Source: a virus
Lineage: Duplodnaviria > Heunggongvirae > Uroviricota > Caudoviricetes
Length of the DNA stretch: 64,000 nt
Strand: one strand, 5' to 3'
IMG/VR virus record: IMGVR_UViG_3300005663_003096
Shown piece after piece: positions 8,846 through 17,437 of this stretch. Within the stretch, counting starts at the first letter, position 1. Each line of letters opens with the position of its first letter. The position numbers and the translations under genes were made by a program. The notes beneath the pieces are model-generated. The model ran no database searches and was not told the DNA's origin. It worked only from the letters and a program-made list of their open reading frames with translations.

Positions 8846-9769
8846 TCACAGCCGCTGGACGCCGCGACCCTGACCGGTCTTGGCCGGCACGCCCTTCAAG
8901 GCATTGGCCACGGTCAGTGCGGTCGAACCCGACCAGCTGGCGGCCACATCGGAGGCCATAGCGCCCTCGGTCACCTGGATCAGCGATACGACAGTCTCAA
9001 CCAGTGCGTTGACGTCCTCAAGCTGAATGGTGCGCTCAGGAAGGATCTGGCGCCAGGACGTGAGAACCTGATCGCGGCTCTGGCCCCAGTTGCAGTAGCC
9101 CTCGTTGACGAGAGCGATGTGGAAGACTTCCCAATCGCGCTGAACCATCCGGATGATGTCGGCCGCCGAGAGATCCGCTTCGACAGTGATGCCCAGAACC
9201 CGCTCGATCTCTGCTTTGGTCATGCCATCGTGGATCGGTTCATCGCCGATGGTGAAGAGATAGCCTTTGCGGCCGCGTTTCTCGATCGCATCGGCGCGGA
9301 CCTTGGTTGCGGCGAAAAGATGGGCCGATGAGTAGGATTCCCCGCCGTTGCCGCCCCCTGCCCCTTCAAGCCAGAGCTTGCGGGCCTGTTCAGCGACGCG
9401 AATATCGGCTTCGAACTGGGTTACCTGCAATGGCGCCCGGTCGGTTTTCGCATCCCCCACGCCCATGATCATGATATGCGGATCAGTGACCGGCTTGCGG
9501 TCATAGATCTGGGTCGCCAGGGTGTTGAGCCCGTCGCGCATCAGCTTCTCGGCAATCATACCCATGGAGCCGGTCACATCTGAGGCGAGGATGATCGGGG
9601 TCGACAGCGGGTTGTCCGCGGAATCCCGGCTTTCACGGAATTCAATTTTCGACGGGTCGAACTCGTCCTTCATGTTGCGCGATGTGAAAATCTGGCTTTG
9701 CGATTTACCCGCGGTGTTCTGTGCGGTGTAGCCGGCCCATGCCGAGCTGTCCCAGCGTCCATTTCCCAT
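8846..9769 (-). CDS. von Willebrand factor A (vWA) domain protein
   Basis: MIDAS-type motif ILASDVTGSMG (DxSxS) followed by a TxxxD-like segment. Start at the ATG at 9769, preceded by AAAGGAGATCTATC-ATG; the track ORF start at 9805 is upstream. Confidence 0.65.
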   Translation of the reverse strand: MGNGRWDSSAWAGYTAQNTAGKSQSQIFTSRNMKDEFDPSKIEFRESRDSADNPLSTPIILASDVTGSMGMIAEKLMRDGLNTLATQIYDRKPVTDPHIMIMGVGDAKTDRAPLQVTQFEADIRVAEQARKLWLEGAGGGNGGESYSSAHLFAATKVRADAIEKRGRKGYLFTIGDEPIHDGMTKAEIERVLGITVEADLSAADIIRMVQRDWEVFHIALVNEGYCNWGQSRDQVLTSWRQILPERTIQLEDVNALVETVVSLIQVTEGAMASDVAASWSGSTALTVANALKGVPAKTGQGRGVQRL

Positions 9770-9816
9770 GATAGATCTCCTTTTGTCTGGTCTTACATCC
9801 TGCATAGAATATTAAC

Positions 9817-9837
9817 TTGCACGTTGCAAGTTGTAAA
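9817..9837. promoter_or_regulatory. 21-bp perfect palindromic operator TAACTTGCA-cgt-TGCAAGTTA (plus an extra half-site TGCAAGTTAA at 9846-9856), upstream of the vWA gene
   Basis: Inverted repeat read directly from the sequence. A near-identical 21-mer recurs at 10899-10919. Confidence 0.6.
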
Positions 9838-9848
9838 ATGCAAGTTAA

Positions 9849-10865
9849 TTAGAGCGCGTAGACCCCCGCCCCATTTCCAGTGTATTTTGCAAAACGCCGG
9901 ACACCCCAGGCATCGGTCAGCGCCTTTTGCCATTTGCTGTAATCCGCGATCCCGTCTTTGCCGGGCGGCAGCATCAGCCAGTTGCGGATCGGCTCGGGCA
10001 GGCCCAGGCCGGAAAGCTGGCTCAAGGAGGCGGCCCCCATCGCCTCACATGTGGTGCGGCGGATCAACTCGAGATCAAGCGACGGATCCGCGGTCATGTC
10101 TTTAACGGCCATCTGGGGCGCGATCTGCAGGCTGCGGTTTGGCAACAACACCGGCCGCGTCCCGACATCTGTGGCAAAGCCCCAGCCCGCGACCAGGCGC
10201 ACCGCGTGAGTCTTGGGATCCACCATGACCGTATCGGGACCAATGGCGCCATGAACTTTACCAGCCCAGGTAAGCCAAGCAGCGATGTTCATCAGGCCCG
10301 AACAAAGCCAGGCGGCGTGTACAGGTTCCATTGGCCCGTCGCCTGACAGCAGATCGGCCAGTAGCACCTCCCCGTTCTGACGGCTGTGGGTGATCAATGT
10401 CTTGCCATCCACCAGATCGACGCGCGACTTGTTGCGTGGGAGGAACTTGCGCATCTGATCCTCCATCTTGGTATCGGCAAACTTGAAGCCCGAGAGATTG
10501 CGCAGCTCAGCTTCCGCGATATCCAAAAGATCGGCATCAAAAATCTGTGCAACACTGATGGGCCCTACCAGCAAAGTGCCGATGTCGGTCTCATGCTTTG
10601 ACAGGGTGCGCATGGCCTGTCGTCGGCCGTCGGCTTTGGTGAAGATGTATCGGGTCACCAGCATGGAGGGTTCGCCGCGGGCCGCATCGCGGAGCGTCAC
10701 CAGTTTGGCAAAAACATCGGCAGCCTTCGGATCCTGGCAATGATCCGGGTGCCAGCGGGCCGCGAGGGTGCGAAAAGACTTTTTGTCCGCCTTCTCATCC
10801 CCAGAGAAAATCTTGGACGCATCCCGCAATCCCATGTTTAGAATCTGCTCTGCATTGAGGTCCAT
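9849..10865 (-). CDS. J-domain (DnaJ-like, HPD motif) protein fused to an atypical kinase-like domain
   Basis: N-terminus FRTLAARWHPDHCQDPKAADVFAKL is a J domain with HPD. The C-terminal part carries HGAIGPDTVMVD … VRLVAGWGFA, resembling the catalytic loop and DFG-like region of RIO/APH-type kinases, with the catalytic Asp apparently replaced. Start at 10865 (TAAAGGAGATCAAA-ATG). Confidence 0.55.
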   Translation of the reverse strand: MDLNAEQILNMGLRDASKIFSGDEKADKKSFRTLAARWHPDHCQDPKAADVFAKLVTLRDAARGEPSMLVTRYIFTKADGRRQAMRTLSKHETDIGTLLVGPISVAQIFDADLLDIAEAELRNLSGFKFADTKMEDQMRKFLPRNKSRVDLVDGKTLITHSRQNGEVLLADLLSGDGPMEPVHAAWLCSGLMNIAAWLTWAGKVHGAIGPDTVMVDPKTHAVRLVAGWGFATDVGTRPVLLPNRSLQIAPQMAVKDMTADPSLDLELIRRTTCEAMGAASLSQLSGLGLPEPIRNWLMLPPGKDGIADYSKWQKALTDAWGVRRFAKYTGNGAGVYAL

Positions 10866-10898
10866 TTTGATCTCCTTTAGGCTGTTTGAGGATAACGT

Positions 10899-10919
10899 AG
10901 GCAATTAACTTGCATTATG
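10899..10919. promoter_or_regulatory. 21-bp palindromic operator TAACTTGCA-tta-TGCAAATTA in the divergent promoter region between the J-domain gene and the NrtR-like gene
   Basis: Near-perfect inverted repeat, same arms as the site at 9817-9837. Confidence 0.55.
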
Positions 10920-10998
10920 CAAATTATTATCCTATCTCTTGTATAACCCTGCGAAAATACTGATGCCCTGAACCAGAAAAGGTGTATCGAGAGGAGAT

Positions 10999-11697
10999 AT
11001 GATGACCGAGACCCCGCCCCGGAATGAGCGTGAGTACAACCCGATCTGCACTGTCGACGGGGTGCTTCTGACCATCGAGCAGGAATGCCTTAAGGTCTTG
11101 CTGCACCGCCGCCCCAAGGCGCCCTTTGAGGGGCGCTGGGCGCTCGTAGGCGGCTACATTCACCAGAATGAAGATGCGGGCGTGCTGGAGGCGGTCCAGC
11201 GCATCCTGCGTGACAAGGCGGGGCTACCGACGCTCTACCTTGAGCAGCTGCAGACCTACTCCGGCCCGGACCGTGACCCGCGGGGCTGGTCCGTGTCTGT
11301 GGCCCATCTGGGGCTTGTGCCGCGCGCGAAGCTAAAGCTGCCCGATGACCCGCATGTCATGCTGACAGATGTCGAAGGGCTGCCAGATCTCGCTTTCGAC
11401 CATAAGCAGATGATCGACGATGCCGTCGCGCGGCTGCGCGGTAAGGGCGCCTATTCCTCCCTGCCCGCTGCCCTGCTGGATGATCTCTTCACCCTGCCCG
11501 AGCTGCTGCGTACCTATGAGATCGTTCTGGGCACCAAGATCGATGAGAGCTCCTTCCGTCGCAAGATAAATGCCCTCGAGATGATCGAGGACAGCGGTGA
11601 GAAGCGCAAGACCGGCAGCAAGCGTCCGGCGGCGCTCTATCGCCTAACCGAGCCCGCGCAGACCTTTAATCGAACATTTGCGGCCGCGGCGGGCTGA
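10999..11697 (+). CDS. Nudix-domain transcriptional regulator, NrtR-like (degenerate Nudix box plus C-terminal winged-helix region)
   Basis: Nudix-like segment GRWALVGGYIHQNEDAGVLEAVQRILRDKAGL (Gx5Ex7R..L..D.AGL, degenerate). Total length ~230 aa with a C-terminal domain, as in NrtR. Strong Shine-Dalgarno GAGAGGAGAT before the ATG. Confidence 0.55.
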   Translation: MMTETPPRNEREYNPICTVDGVLLTIEQECLKVLLHRRPKAPFEGRWALVGGYIHQNEDAGVLEAVQRILRDKAGLPTLYLEQLQTYSGPDRDPRGWSVSVAHLGLVPRAKLKLPDDPHVMLTDVEGLPDLAFDHKQMIDDAVARLRGKGAYSSLPAALLDDLFTLPELLRTYEIVLGTKIDESSFRRKINALEMIEDSGEKRKTGSKRPAALYRLTEPAQTFNRTFAAAAG

Positions 11698-11700
11698 GGA

Positions 11701-13041
11701 ATGACAGGTTTGGAGGGCTATAGCATCTACCCTGGGCCGGGCGACCTGTCGCCGGTGCTGCAGCGCTATTGCATGGAGGCCGGCAACAGCGGCATCTACA
11801 TCTTCCACCATCAGTTCTGCGTCTGCCCCTTTCCTTTGGCGTTCCCCGTACCTCTCGAGAAACTGCTTCATGAGCGTGAAGAGGCTGCCATGGCAGCGCT
11901 CGCGGCCGGAGACACAGACTCCTTTCTGCTCCGGCACGAAAAGCCCTACCGGCCTGAAGCGCTGATGGATCTGGTTAACGAGGGTCATTTCGACAGCAAG
12001 CCCGAAGAATACTGGCGGCTCGTGCGCAAGGTCTGGGTCGACAGCGATCTGCCTGAAGATGATCCCTATTGGGCGGAAATGCTCGAGGCGGACATTGGCA
12101 GTGTTCAAGCCATGATGGGCGAAGGGGATCGCGCCCAGCTCGCGGCAATGCCTGAGGTCATTCAGGTCTGGCGCGGTGTCGAGGGCATGGATGAGACCTC
12201 AGCGCGCGAAGCTGTGACCGCAGGGCACAGCTGGAGCATCGATCCGAAGATTGCCGAACGTTTCGCGAAAAGTTTCGCGCGCAGCTCAGGCGAAGCATGG
12301 GTTGCTCGTGCTGACATCCCAAAAGCAAGGGTCGTCGCCTACCTGGCCGACCGCGGCGAAGCAGAGATCATTCTGCGGCCCTCCGATATTGCGGAGCTCG
12401 AATTTGACCTGATCTCTCTCGGTTCGAAGTCGCAGGGGTTTTCAGACCTTCAGGATAAACTGCTCGAGGAACAGCATAATGGAGAAACTATGACCTTCAC
12501 TGACAAGATCAAAGCGCACCTTGAGAGCTTTAAGAACGATGAAGAGGGCCACAAGCTCTTCCCTCATGCGGATTGGCGCTATGAGGTCGACAATGACGAC
12601 ACCAGCCTGGGTTATGACGATTGGCTTTCGGACAAGATCGATTTCGAAGTCGATGACGTTGCGGATAACGTCAACCGTTTCATCTACCGCGGCTGCAAGG
12701 CCACCGACGGCGAGATTTCCGAGATTGAGTTCAACCGCGATGTGGTCGACACCTTCTCGACCCTGCGGATCATCGATGATGAAGCCGTTGATCGCGCCAA
12801 TGGGTTTCTTGGCGAGGCGCCTGAAAAGCCGGTCTTCGGAGAAAGCTTTGGCTCTGTGCCCTCGGACGTAGCCGCAGATCTTTCGCGGATCGCACATCTC
12901 GGTATGGTCTTTTTCGAGGGGCGCTCCACGGCTGATAAAATCACCTCTGTCTTGGTTGAGGCAGCCGAGAAGCATGGGATCACCGGCTCTGGTGTTGATG
13001 CGGCACGCGCCCGAGCAGGTGGGGAAACTCCGGAGCCGTGA
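11701..13041 (+). CDS. hypothetical protein (446 aa; possibly two fused ORFs)
   Basis: Long ORF immediately after the NrtR-like gene. No recognisable motif. Confidence 0.4.
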   Translation: MTGLEGYSIYPGPGDLSPVLQRYCMEAGNSGIYIFHHQFCVCPFPLAFPVPLEKLLHEREEAAMAALAAGDTDSFLLRHEKPYRPEALMDLVNEGHFDSKPEEYWRLVRKVWVDSDLPEDDPYWAEMLEADIGSVQAMMGEGDRAQLAAMPEVIQVWRGVEGMDETSAREAVTAGHSWSIDPKIAERFAKSFARSSGEAWVARADIPKARVVAYLADRGEAEIILRPSDIAELEFDLISLGSKSQGFSDLQDKLLEEQHNGETMTFTDKIKAHLESFKNDEEGHKLFPHADWRYEVDNDDTSLGYDDWLSDKIDFEVDDVADNVNRFIYRGCKATDGEISEIEFNRDVVDTFSTLRIIDDEAVDRANGFLGEAPEKPVFGESFGSVPSDVAADLSRIAHLGMVFFEGRSTADKITSVLVEAAEKHGITGSGVDAARARAGGETPEP

Positions 13042-13067
13042 TTAACATTCTTACTTAAAGGATGAAA

Positions 13068-13115
13068 GAGAAAGACCCCTATAACAGATAGTTAGGGGCC
13101 TTTCTTTCCTAATTT
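13068..13115. terminator. hairpin-rich terminator region between convergent genes (CCCCTA…TAGGGG stem with flanking GAAAGAGAAAG / CTTTCTTTC)
   Basis: Inverted repeats read from the sequence between the stop at 13041 (+) and the stop at 13144 (-). Confidence 0.4.
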
Positions 13116-13143
13116 CTCTCGTACTTACTTAGAATTGCACTGA

Positions 13144-13776
13144 TTACGCAGGCTCTTCAGGTGCCTCGTAGTCGACATGTCCTGGTACAACACTAGGATC
13201 GATCACAGCTTTCCAGATGACGTCATCGATAACTTCTGATGCGCGCTCGGCAAGCATATACTCATCGCCGATCAGAGGTGCTGCGTGGAAGTGGAAGAAG
13301 AGGTCCCGCTGGGCATCATCCCAGGTATCAACCGGACCCCACTCATCTGCATCTTTCGAATATGCAGAGAAAGGAATGAACCCGGGTCGCTCGGTAAGTT
13401 CTGCTTCAACCAGCTCGCGCCAGGCCTGTATGCCGGCATCGTCCATGGCGTTGAAAGCCGCCTCAAGGTCGCGCAGAGGGAAAGTGACGATGATCTGGTC
13501 GTTACCCATGGAATAATCCCGCGGTGAGATGATCTTCTCGAATGCCATGTCGAGGCCAGATTCCTCTACTGCAGCCTTGGTATAGGCCTGCACATAGGAG
13601 AGATGAACTTCTGCCCAACGAACATTCGTCGTGCAGATCATATCAGGTTTATCATCTGCCTCATCGTCGTTGATCTGTTCCAGTGCGATATCCAGCATCT
13701 GGTCGTGGACGGTGTTGTAGAGGCCCGAAAAGGGCAATTTGACGGATACACGGCCATCGGGTGTTTTCTGTGACAT
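13144..13776 (-). CDS. hypothetical acidic protein
   Basis: ORF of 210 aa with a Shine-Dalgarno (CCAAGGAGATTGACCC-ATG). Confidence 0.45.
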   Translation of the reverse strand: MSQKTPDGRVSVKLPFSGLYNTVHDQMLDIALEQINDDEADDKPDMICTTNVRWAEVHLSYVQAYTKAAVEESGLDMAFEKIISPRDYSMGNDQIIVTFPLRDLEAAFNAMDDAGIQAWRELVEAELTERPGFIPFSAYSKDADEWGPVDTWDDAQRDLFFHFHAAPLIGDEYMLAERASEVIDDVIWKAVIDPSVVPGHVDYEAPEEPA

Positions 13777-13834
13777 GGGTCAATCTCCTTGGTTGACCCC
13801 AATATCACCGCAGGTTGCGAAAAGGCGTAATGCC

Positions 13835-13957
13835 TTAGACCGTCAGGAAGGTCGTCACGAAGGTCACAATCGTCGAGGCGGTGCCCATGTCAAAGAGATA
13901 TAAGCAAAGCAGCGTTACGAAGAGGGAGATAAAAAACTTATGTCCAAGCCGATTCAT
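13835..13957 (-). CDS. small hydrophobic peptide (40 aa, single TM)
   Basis: MNRLGHKFFISLFVTLLCLYLFDMGTASTIVTFVTTFLTV, with a consensus Shine-Dalgarno (AAGGAGATATTAAAC-ATG). Below the ORF-track size cut-off. Confidence 0.35.
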   Translation of the reverse strand: MNRLGHKFFISLFVTLLCLYLFDMGTASTIVTFVTTFLTV

Positions 13958-14052
13958 GTTTAATATCTCCTTTTTCGCAATATTACCTATTGCGATATTT
14001 TTCGCAACGCACTAGGTAGGCTGAACCGAACAGACATAGAGGGACGAGAGAG

Positions 14053-14625
14053 ATGGAAGTTAATCTGCGCAAAGCGAATGCAATCCAGCACGAGATCAAG
14101 AATGCGATCCGCGCTCTCGAAGCCCCTACCCGCGTCGATATCACCGAGTTTGAAGTCGGTGAAGATGCTATTGCGAAAACCAAAGAGAAGTCGCTTGAAG
14201 CGCGCCGCTCCTGGGACGATCTGACCAAGACCCTCTACGACATCCGTCGTAAGGTCGGCGTTGCGAACACAACTTCCGGGATCGATACGGCTCTGTCCGA
14301 GGTTGCCGAGATTGACGATCGCGTGGCAATGTTGCGCCATCTCGTGGCGCCCTCCGCTCAGCGTATGGAGCCTGAGGTCCTGGCCGGTCGTTTGAATAAG
14401 TTGAAAGACTCGCCGCGGGAAACGCACCACTATGCGATGCCCGACGAAAAGGTCACCACCGGCATCTACACGGCTGATGAAATCGAAGCCTTCAACGCGG
14501 AGATCGCGAACCTGCGTCGCCGCAAGCGCGCGCTGCAGGATGAGCTGCTCGCCATGAACGTCCAGAATACGATCGGGCTCACTGATGAGAGCATTGCCTG
14601 CCTCCAGGTTGCCGGTATCGTCTAA
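14053..14625 (+). CDS. hypothetical protein (coiled-coil-like)
   Basis: ORF of 190 aa. Upstream region carries tandem TTTTCGCAA motifs. Followed by the hairpin CGCCGCC-TTCG-GGCGGCG at 14641-14658. Confidence 0.45.
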   Translation: MEVNLRKANAIQHEIKNAIRALEAPTRVDITEFEVGEDAIAKTKEKSLEARRSWDDLTKTLYDIRRKVGVANTTSGIDTALSEVAEIDDRVAMLRHLVAPSAQRMEPEVLAGRLNKLKDSPRETHHYAMPDEKVTTGIYTADEIEAFNAEIANLRRRKRALQDELLAMNVQNTIGLTDESIACLQVAGIV

Positions 14626-14978
14626 GTTTGATGGCACGTCGCCGCCTTCGGGCGGCGATAACCATCCGGGAAGGGAGTTGAAAGACAGGTTCTTTGTGCG
14701 GTCTCTTACCGCATGATCCTCAAGCTTCACTGCTTGCTATGGCTCATAAAAAGGCGCGCTCCGGTGTCACCCAGGCCCTACCAGAAGCCAAGTGCATTTT
14801 GCTCACCGGTCTATGCCTATTTTGCACAGTTGCATATTGCATCTTGCCATCCTCGCGGAGTGCTTATTGCTTTACCTGGCTTTCGCCCCTTTCCGTCAAA
14901 TATCCCATACTAACAATAAATTGGAGGGAGCCCGCGAACGCGGGATCCTCTGTGGGCTGGCTCTGAACCAAATCGTGC

Positions 14979-15533
14979 TCAACCGGCGTCCGGCTCAGTC
15001 TTTCCAAAGATATTTGGCGATAAATACAGCCCGCGGCGCCAGAACCAGTGCGGGGGCTTATCATAGTTGAACGTGGGGATAGCTCTCCACGAGCCCCTGG
15101 CAACAACTTCCTCAATGACATTCCGTGCAGCCGTTTCGAAGTGTTGACAACGCGTAATCTCCTCATCGATCCTGAAGGTAACGTCATAGGCCCAGACCTG
15201 AGACGCATAGCGCAATGTCACAGCAGTTTCCGAGTGAGCTTCAATGGAGCCATCAGGGTAAAATTCGCATGAAACGTTCATGGGTCGGAACGTGTCATGC
15301 TGAGTATGCTCAACCCAGGCCACCACTTTAATGTCGCCAACAGCCCTTACCTTGATGCGCTCTTCTGCCAAGAGCTTTTCGCCGGGTGCGGTCGCTGCCA
15401 GGAAGACGTCGGCTGCCCTATTTTTGGGGGATCGTATCTCGACCCCAGCGAACCACATGATGCCATAGACGACTGCGATATAGGCCACTATACGCGCAAT
15501 CACCTCCCAAATTTCCATACGTTTTTCGCTCAT
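14979..15533 (-). CDS. membrane-anchored protein, paralog A of a tandem pair
   Basis: N-terminal TM (IVAYIAVVYGIMWFAGV). C-terminal region ITRCQHFETAARNVIEEVVARGSWRAIPTFNYD is homologous to the C-terminus of 15585..16151. Confidence 0.5.
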   Translation of the reverse strand: MSEKRMEIWEVIARIVAYIAVVYGIMWFAGVEIRSPKNRAADVFLAATAPGEKLLAEERIKVRAVGDIKVVAWVEHTQHDTFRPMNVSCEFYPDGSIEAHSETAVTLRYASQVWAYDVTFRIDEEITRCQHFETAARNVIEEVVARGSWRAIPTFNYDKPPHWFWRRGLYLSPNIFGKTEPDAG

Positions 15534-15584
15534 GAAGGTGGTCCTATGCTTCCTGGAGGCCGATGGCGTGTTGGCCCCACAATA

Positions 15585-16151
15585 TCAGTGGTATTTGAAT
15601 TCCGGGATGGATTTCCAAAAGCCATCCTTCACCGCATTCTCCATGCCGCGCGCGGCCGCGATCTCGAAATGCGCACAACGTGCGATCGCCTCGTCGATCT
15701 TGCCGGTCACTTTGTAGTTCGAGAGATTGGTGCTCCAACGCCCGCTCACAAGAACTTCTGCATAGGCATCGACGCCTCCATCCCGGCTGAAAACGCAGGT
15801 GACCTTGGTCCGACGTGTGTCGCGATATTTTCGACCGCTCACCATAGCCACGATGGTTTTATCCTCGCCGCGGCCGGTCAAGATCATCCCTTCCTCGAGC
15901 AAACCGCCGCTGTCTCGGGTCGCATTCAGGAAATTCTCAGCAGCTTTGGTCCGAGATGTGCGCACATCAGCCCCAATTGCCCAGGCGAATCCGAGGGTGA
16001 TCACAAAGACGGAACCCAGAACGAAGCAGGCGCCAATGATGCTGGTAATGAAGTCTTTCACAGGCGTGTTTTGCTCAGGAAGGCCCCGTTCGAAATCTGG
16101 TTTATCTGTCGATGGCATTGGCTTTCTCTTCTCATGGATATTCGACAGCAC
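15585..16151 (-). CDS. membrane-anchored protein, paralog B of a tandem pair
   Basis: N-terminal TM (IIGACFVLGSVFVITLGFAWAIG). C-terminus IARCAHFEIAAARGMENAVKDGFWKSIPEFKYH matches paralog A. Confidence 0.5.
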   Translation of the reverse strand: MLSNIHEKRKPMPSTDKPDFERGLPEQNTPVKDFITSIIGACFVLGSVFVITLGFAWAIGADVRTSRTKAAENFLNATRDSGGLLEEGMILTGRGEDKTIVAMVSGRKYRDTRRTKVTCVFSRDGGVDAYAEVLVSGRWSTNLSNYKVTGKIDEAIARCAHFEIAAARGMENAVKDGFWKSIPEFKYH

Positions 16152-16414
16152 CCTTTGGTGCGGTCTTCTTGGCGATCAGCTATGCCAGGAAATCAGGCGC
16201 GCAATCCTAAATGTGAAGGTTCTCGCAGGCTCTTGCACTCCCTTCGGAAATGCTGCCGCCTGTCATTCCCTGGCGGGAGTGACTTGCCTCTCACACCTCT
16301 TCAAAGGTGTTGCCGGCTGCACACCGGCTGTACCGGTGTGCATATATGCGAAAATAAAATATAATGACGTATTGCGCTTGCGAAAAACGCTGCCTATTTA
16401 GGTGGTATCAGAGA

Positions 16415-16488
16415 GGCCCCGGAGCTCGTAAGAAGAGTCCCGGTCTTTAAAACCGGTTGTCTGGGGGCGGAGCCCAGCGGGGTCACCA
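16415..16488 (+). tRNA. non-canonical tRNA-like element with anticodon UUA (would read the UAA stop codon); D- and T-loops lack the conserved GG and TΨC
   Basis: GGCCCCG-GA-GCTC-GTAAGAA-GAGT-C-CCGGT-CTTTAAA-ACCGG-TTGT-CTGGG-GGCGGAG-CCCAG-CGGGGTC-A-CCA. It has a 7-bp acceptor stem (one G·U), a 4-bp D stem (one G·U), a perfect 5-bp anticodon stem with loop C-U-UUA-A-A, a perfect 5-bp T stem, discriminator A and an encoded CCA. Two copies of the TGCGAAAA motif lie 25-70 nt upstream. Confidence 0.3.
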
Positions 16489-16575
16489 TCTGAATTGATG
16501 AGCTGCTAGTAAGACAAGCATCGTGATCGATCTCTCCTCTACACCCAGGTAACGCCCATAGAGGCTAGTAAGAGG

Positions 16576-17241
16576 TTGCGGGATGCGTGCTTTCGACGCG
16601 TCACTGTGAAGATGCTTGTTTACAGACTCTGGGACACAGCACCAGTGGGAGAGGTCCGTCAGGGACCGAGGATCAAGGAAGCCGAAGTGAATATCTACGA
16701 GATGTATATTCTTAATGGGGACGTCGACTTTTGGGTCATGCGTCAGACGTGGGGGAAAACCGTTGCTCGCGTAGTCCATGTCGATGAACTTACGACACCG
16801 GCGCCATACTACGGCACTCCCAAGGTTCTGGTCGACCTTTACGACATCGAAAGCGGCGCACTTCTAAAAAAGAATGAGCGGCTTAGCTGCCCTGGGACCT
16901 CGCAGTATTCGCAGGTGGATATTTCAACGTGGTCGCCTGCCGAAGCACTGAGAACCGTCACCAGCACCCCTCCTGATCCTGCCTTTCGTAAGCGCATGGA
17001 GGCGGCTGATAAGAGGGCGAAGCAAAACGCGGCTCGAAAGCAGAAAAGGAGGGAAGAAAGCGAAGCCAAGCCACGCTACTACTTCGCCTCAAACCCGAGG
17101 TTTCTCAACGAGAAGGATAAACTCTTCGGCGAAAACTTCTATGTCCGCTGGGACCCGGATAAGAAGCTTTGGTGGTGTCTGCAAGAGGACACAGCAACAC
17201 AGGCTTCACTGAAGGAAATGGGCTGCGAATTCCAGAGCTGA
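16576..17241 (+). CDS. hypothetical protein (start uncertain)
   Basis: ORF of 221 aa. The C-terminal region (YYFASNPRFLNEKDKLFGENFYVRWDPDKKLWWCLQED) looks protein-like. Confidence 0.4.
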   Translation: MRDACFRRVTVKMLVYRLWDTAPVGEVRQGPRIKEAEVNIYEMYILNGDVDFWVMRQTWGKTVARVVHVDELTTPAPYYGTPKVLVDLYDIESGALLKKNERLSCPGTSQYSQVDISTWSPAEALRTVTSTPPDPAFRKRMEAADKRAKQNAARKQKRREESEAKPRYYFASNPRFLNEKDKLFGENFYVRWDPDKKLWWCLQEDTATQASLKEMGCEFQS

Positions 17242-17437
17242 AAGGAAGAGTTCATGGCAGCCATATAGAGGCGCCTGCGAAAAATACGGATTGACCTCTT
17301 TACATAATTCAGGCCTTCCCTATATTCAGAACACGGCAAACAGAACCCCCTGCCCCAACGCAGGCCATTTGAAAGGACAGATCATGCGCAAGGATTAAAC
17401 CAGCGTCTCACTCCGCAGTAAGAACGACACGGCGCCT

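Noticed and set aside
9813-9856. Possible CtrA box (TTAA-N7-TTAAC) at the vWA promoter
   Set aside because: The spacing and half-sites do not fit the CtrA consensus. The sequence is better described as a 21-bp TAACTTGCA/TGCAAGTTA palindrome shared with the NrtR-like divergent region.
14694-14966. ORFs in the 350-bp gap between 14625 and 14979
   Set aside because: Lower GC, TTGCA-rich, no Shine-Dalgarno and junk-like translation. Treated as a non-coding regulatory or terminator region.
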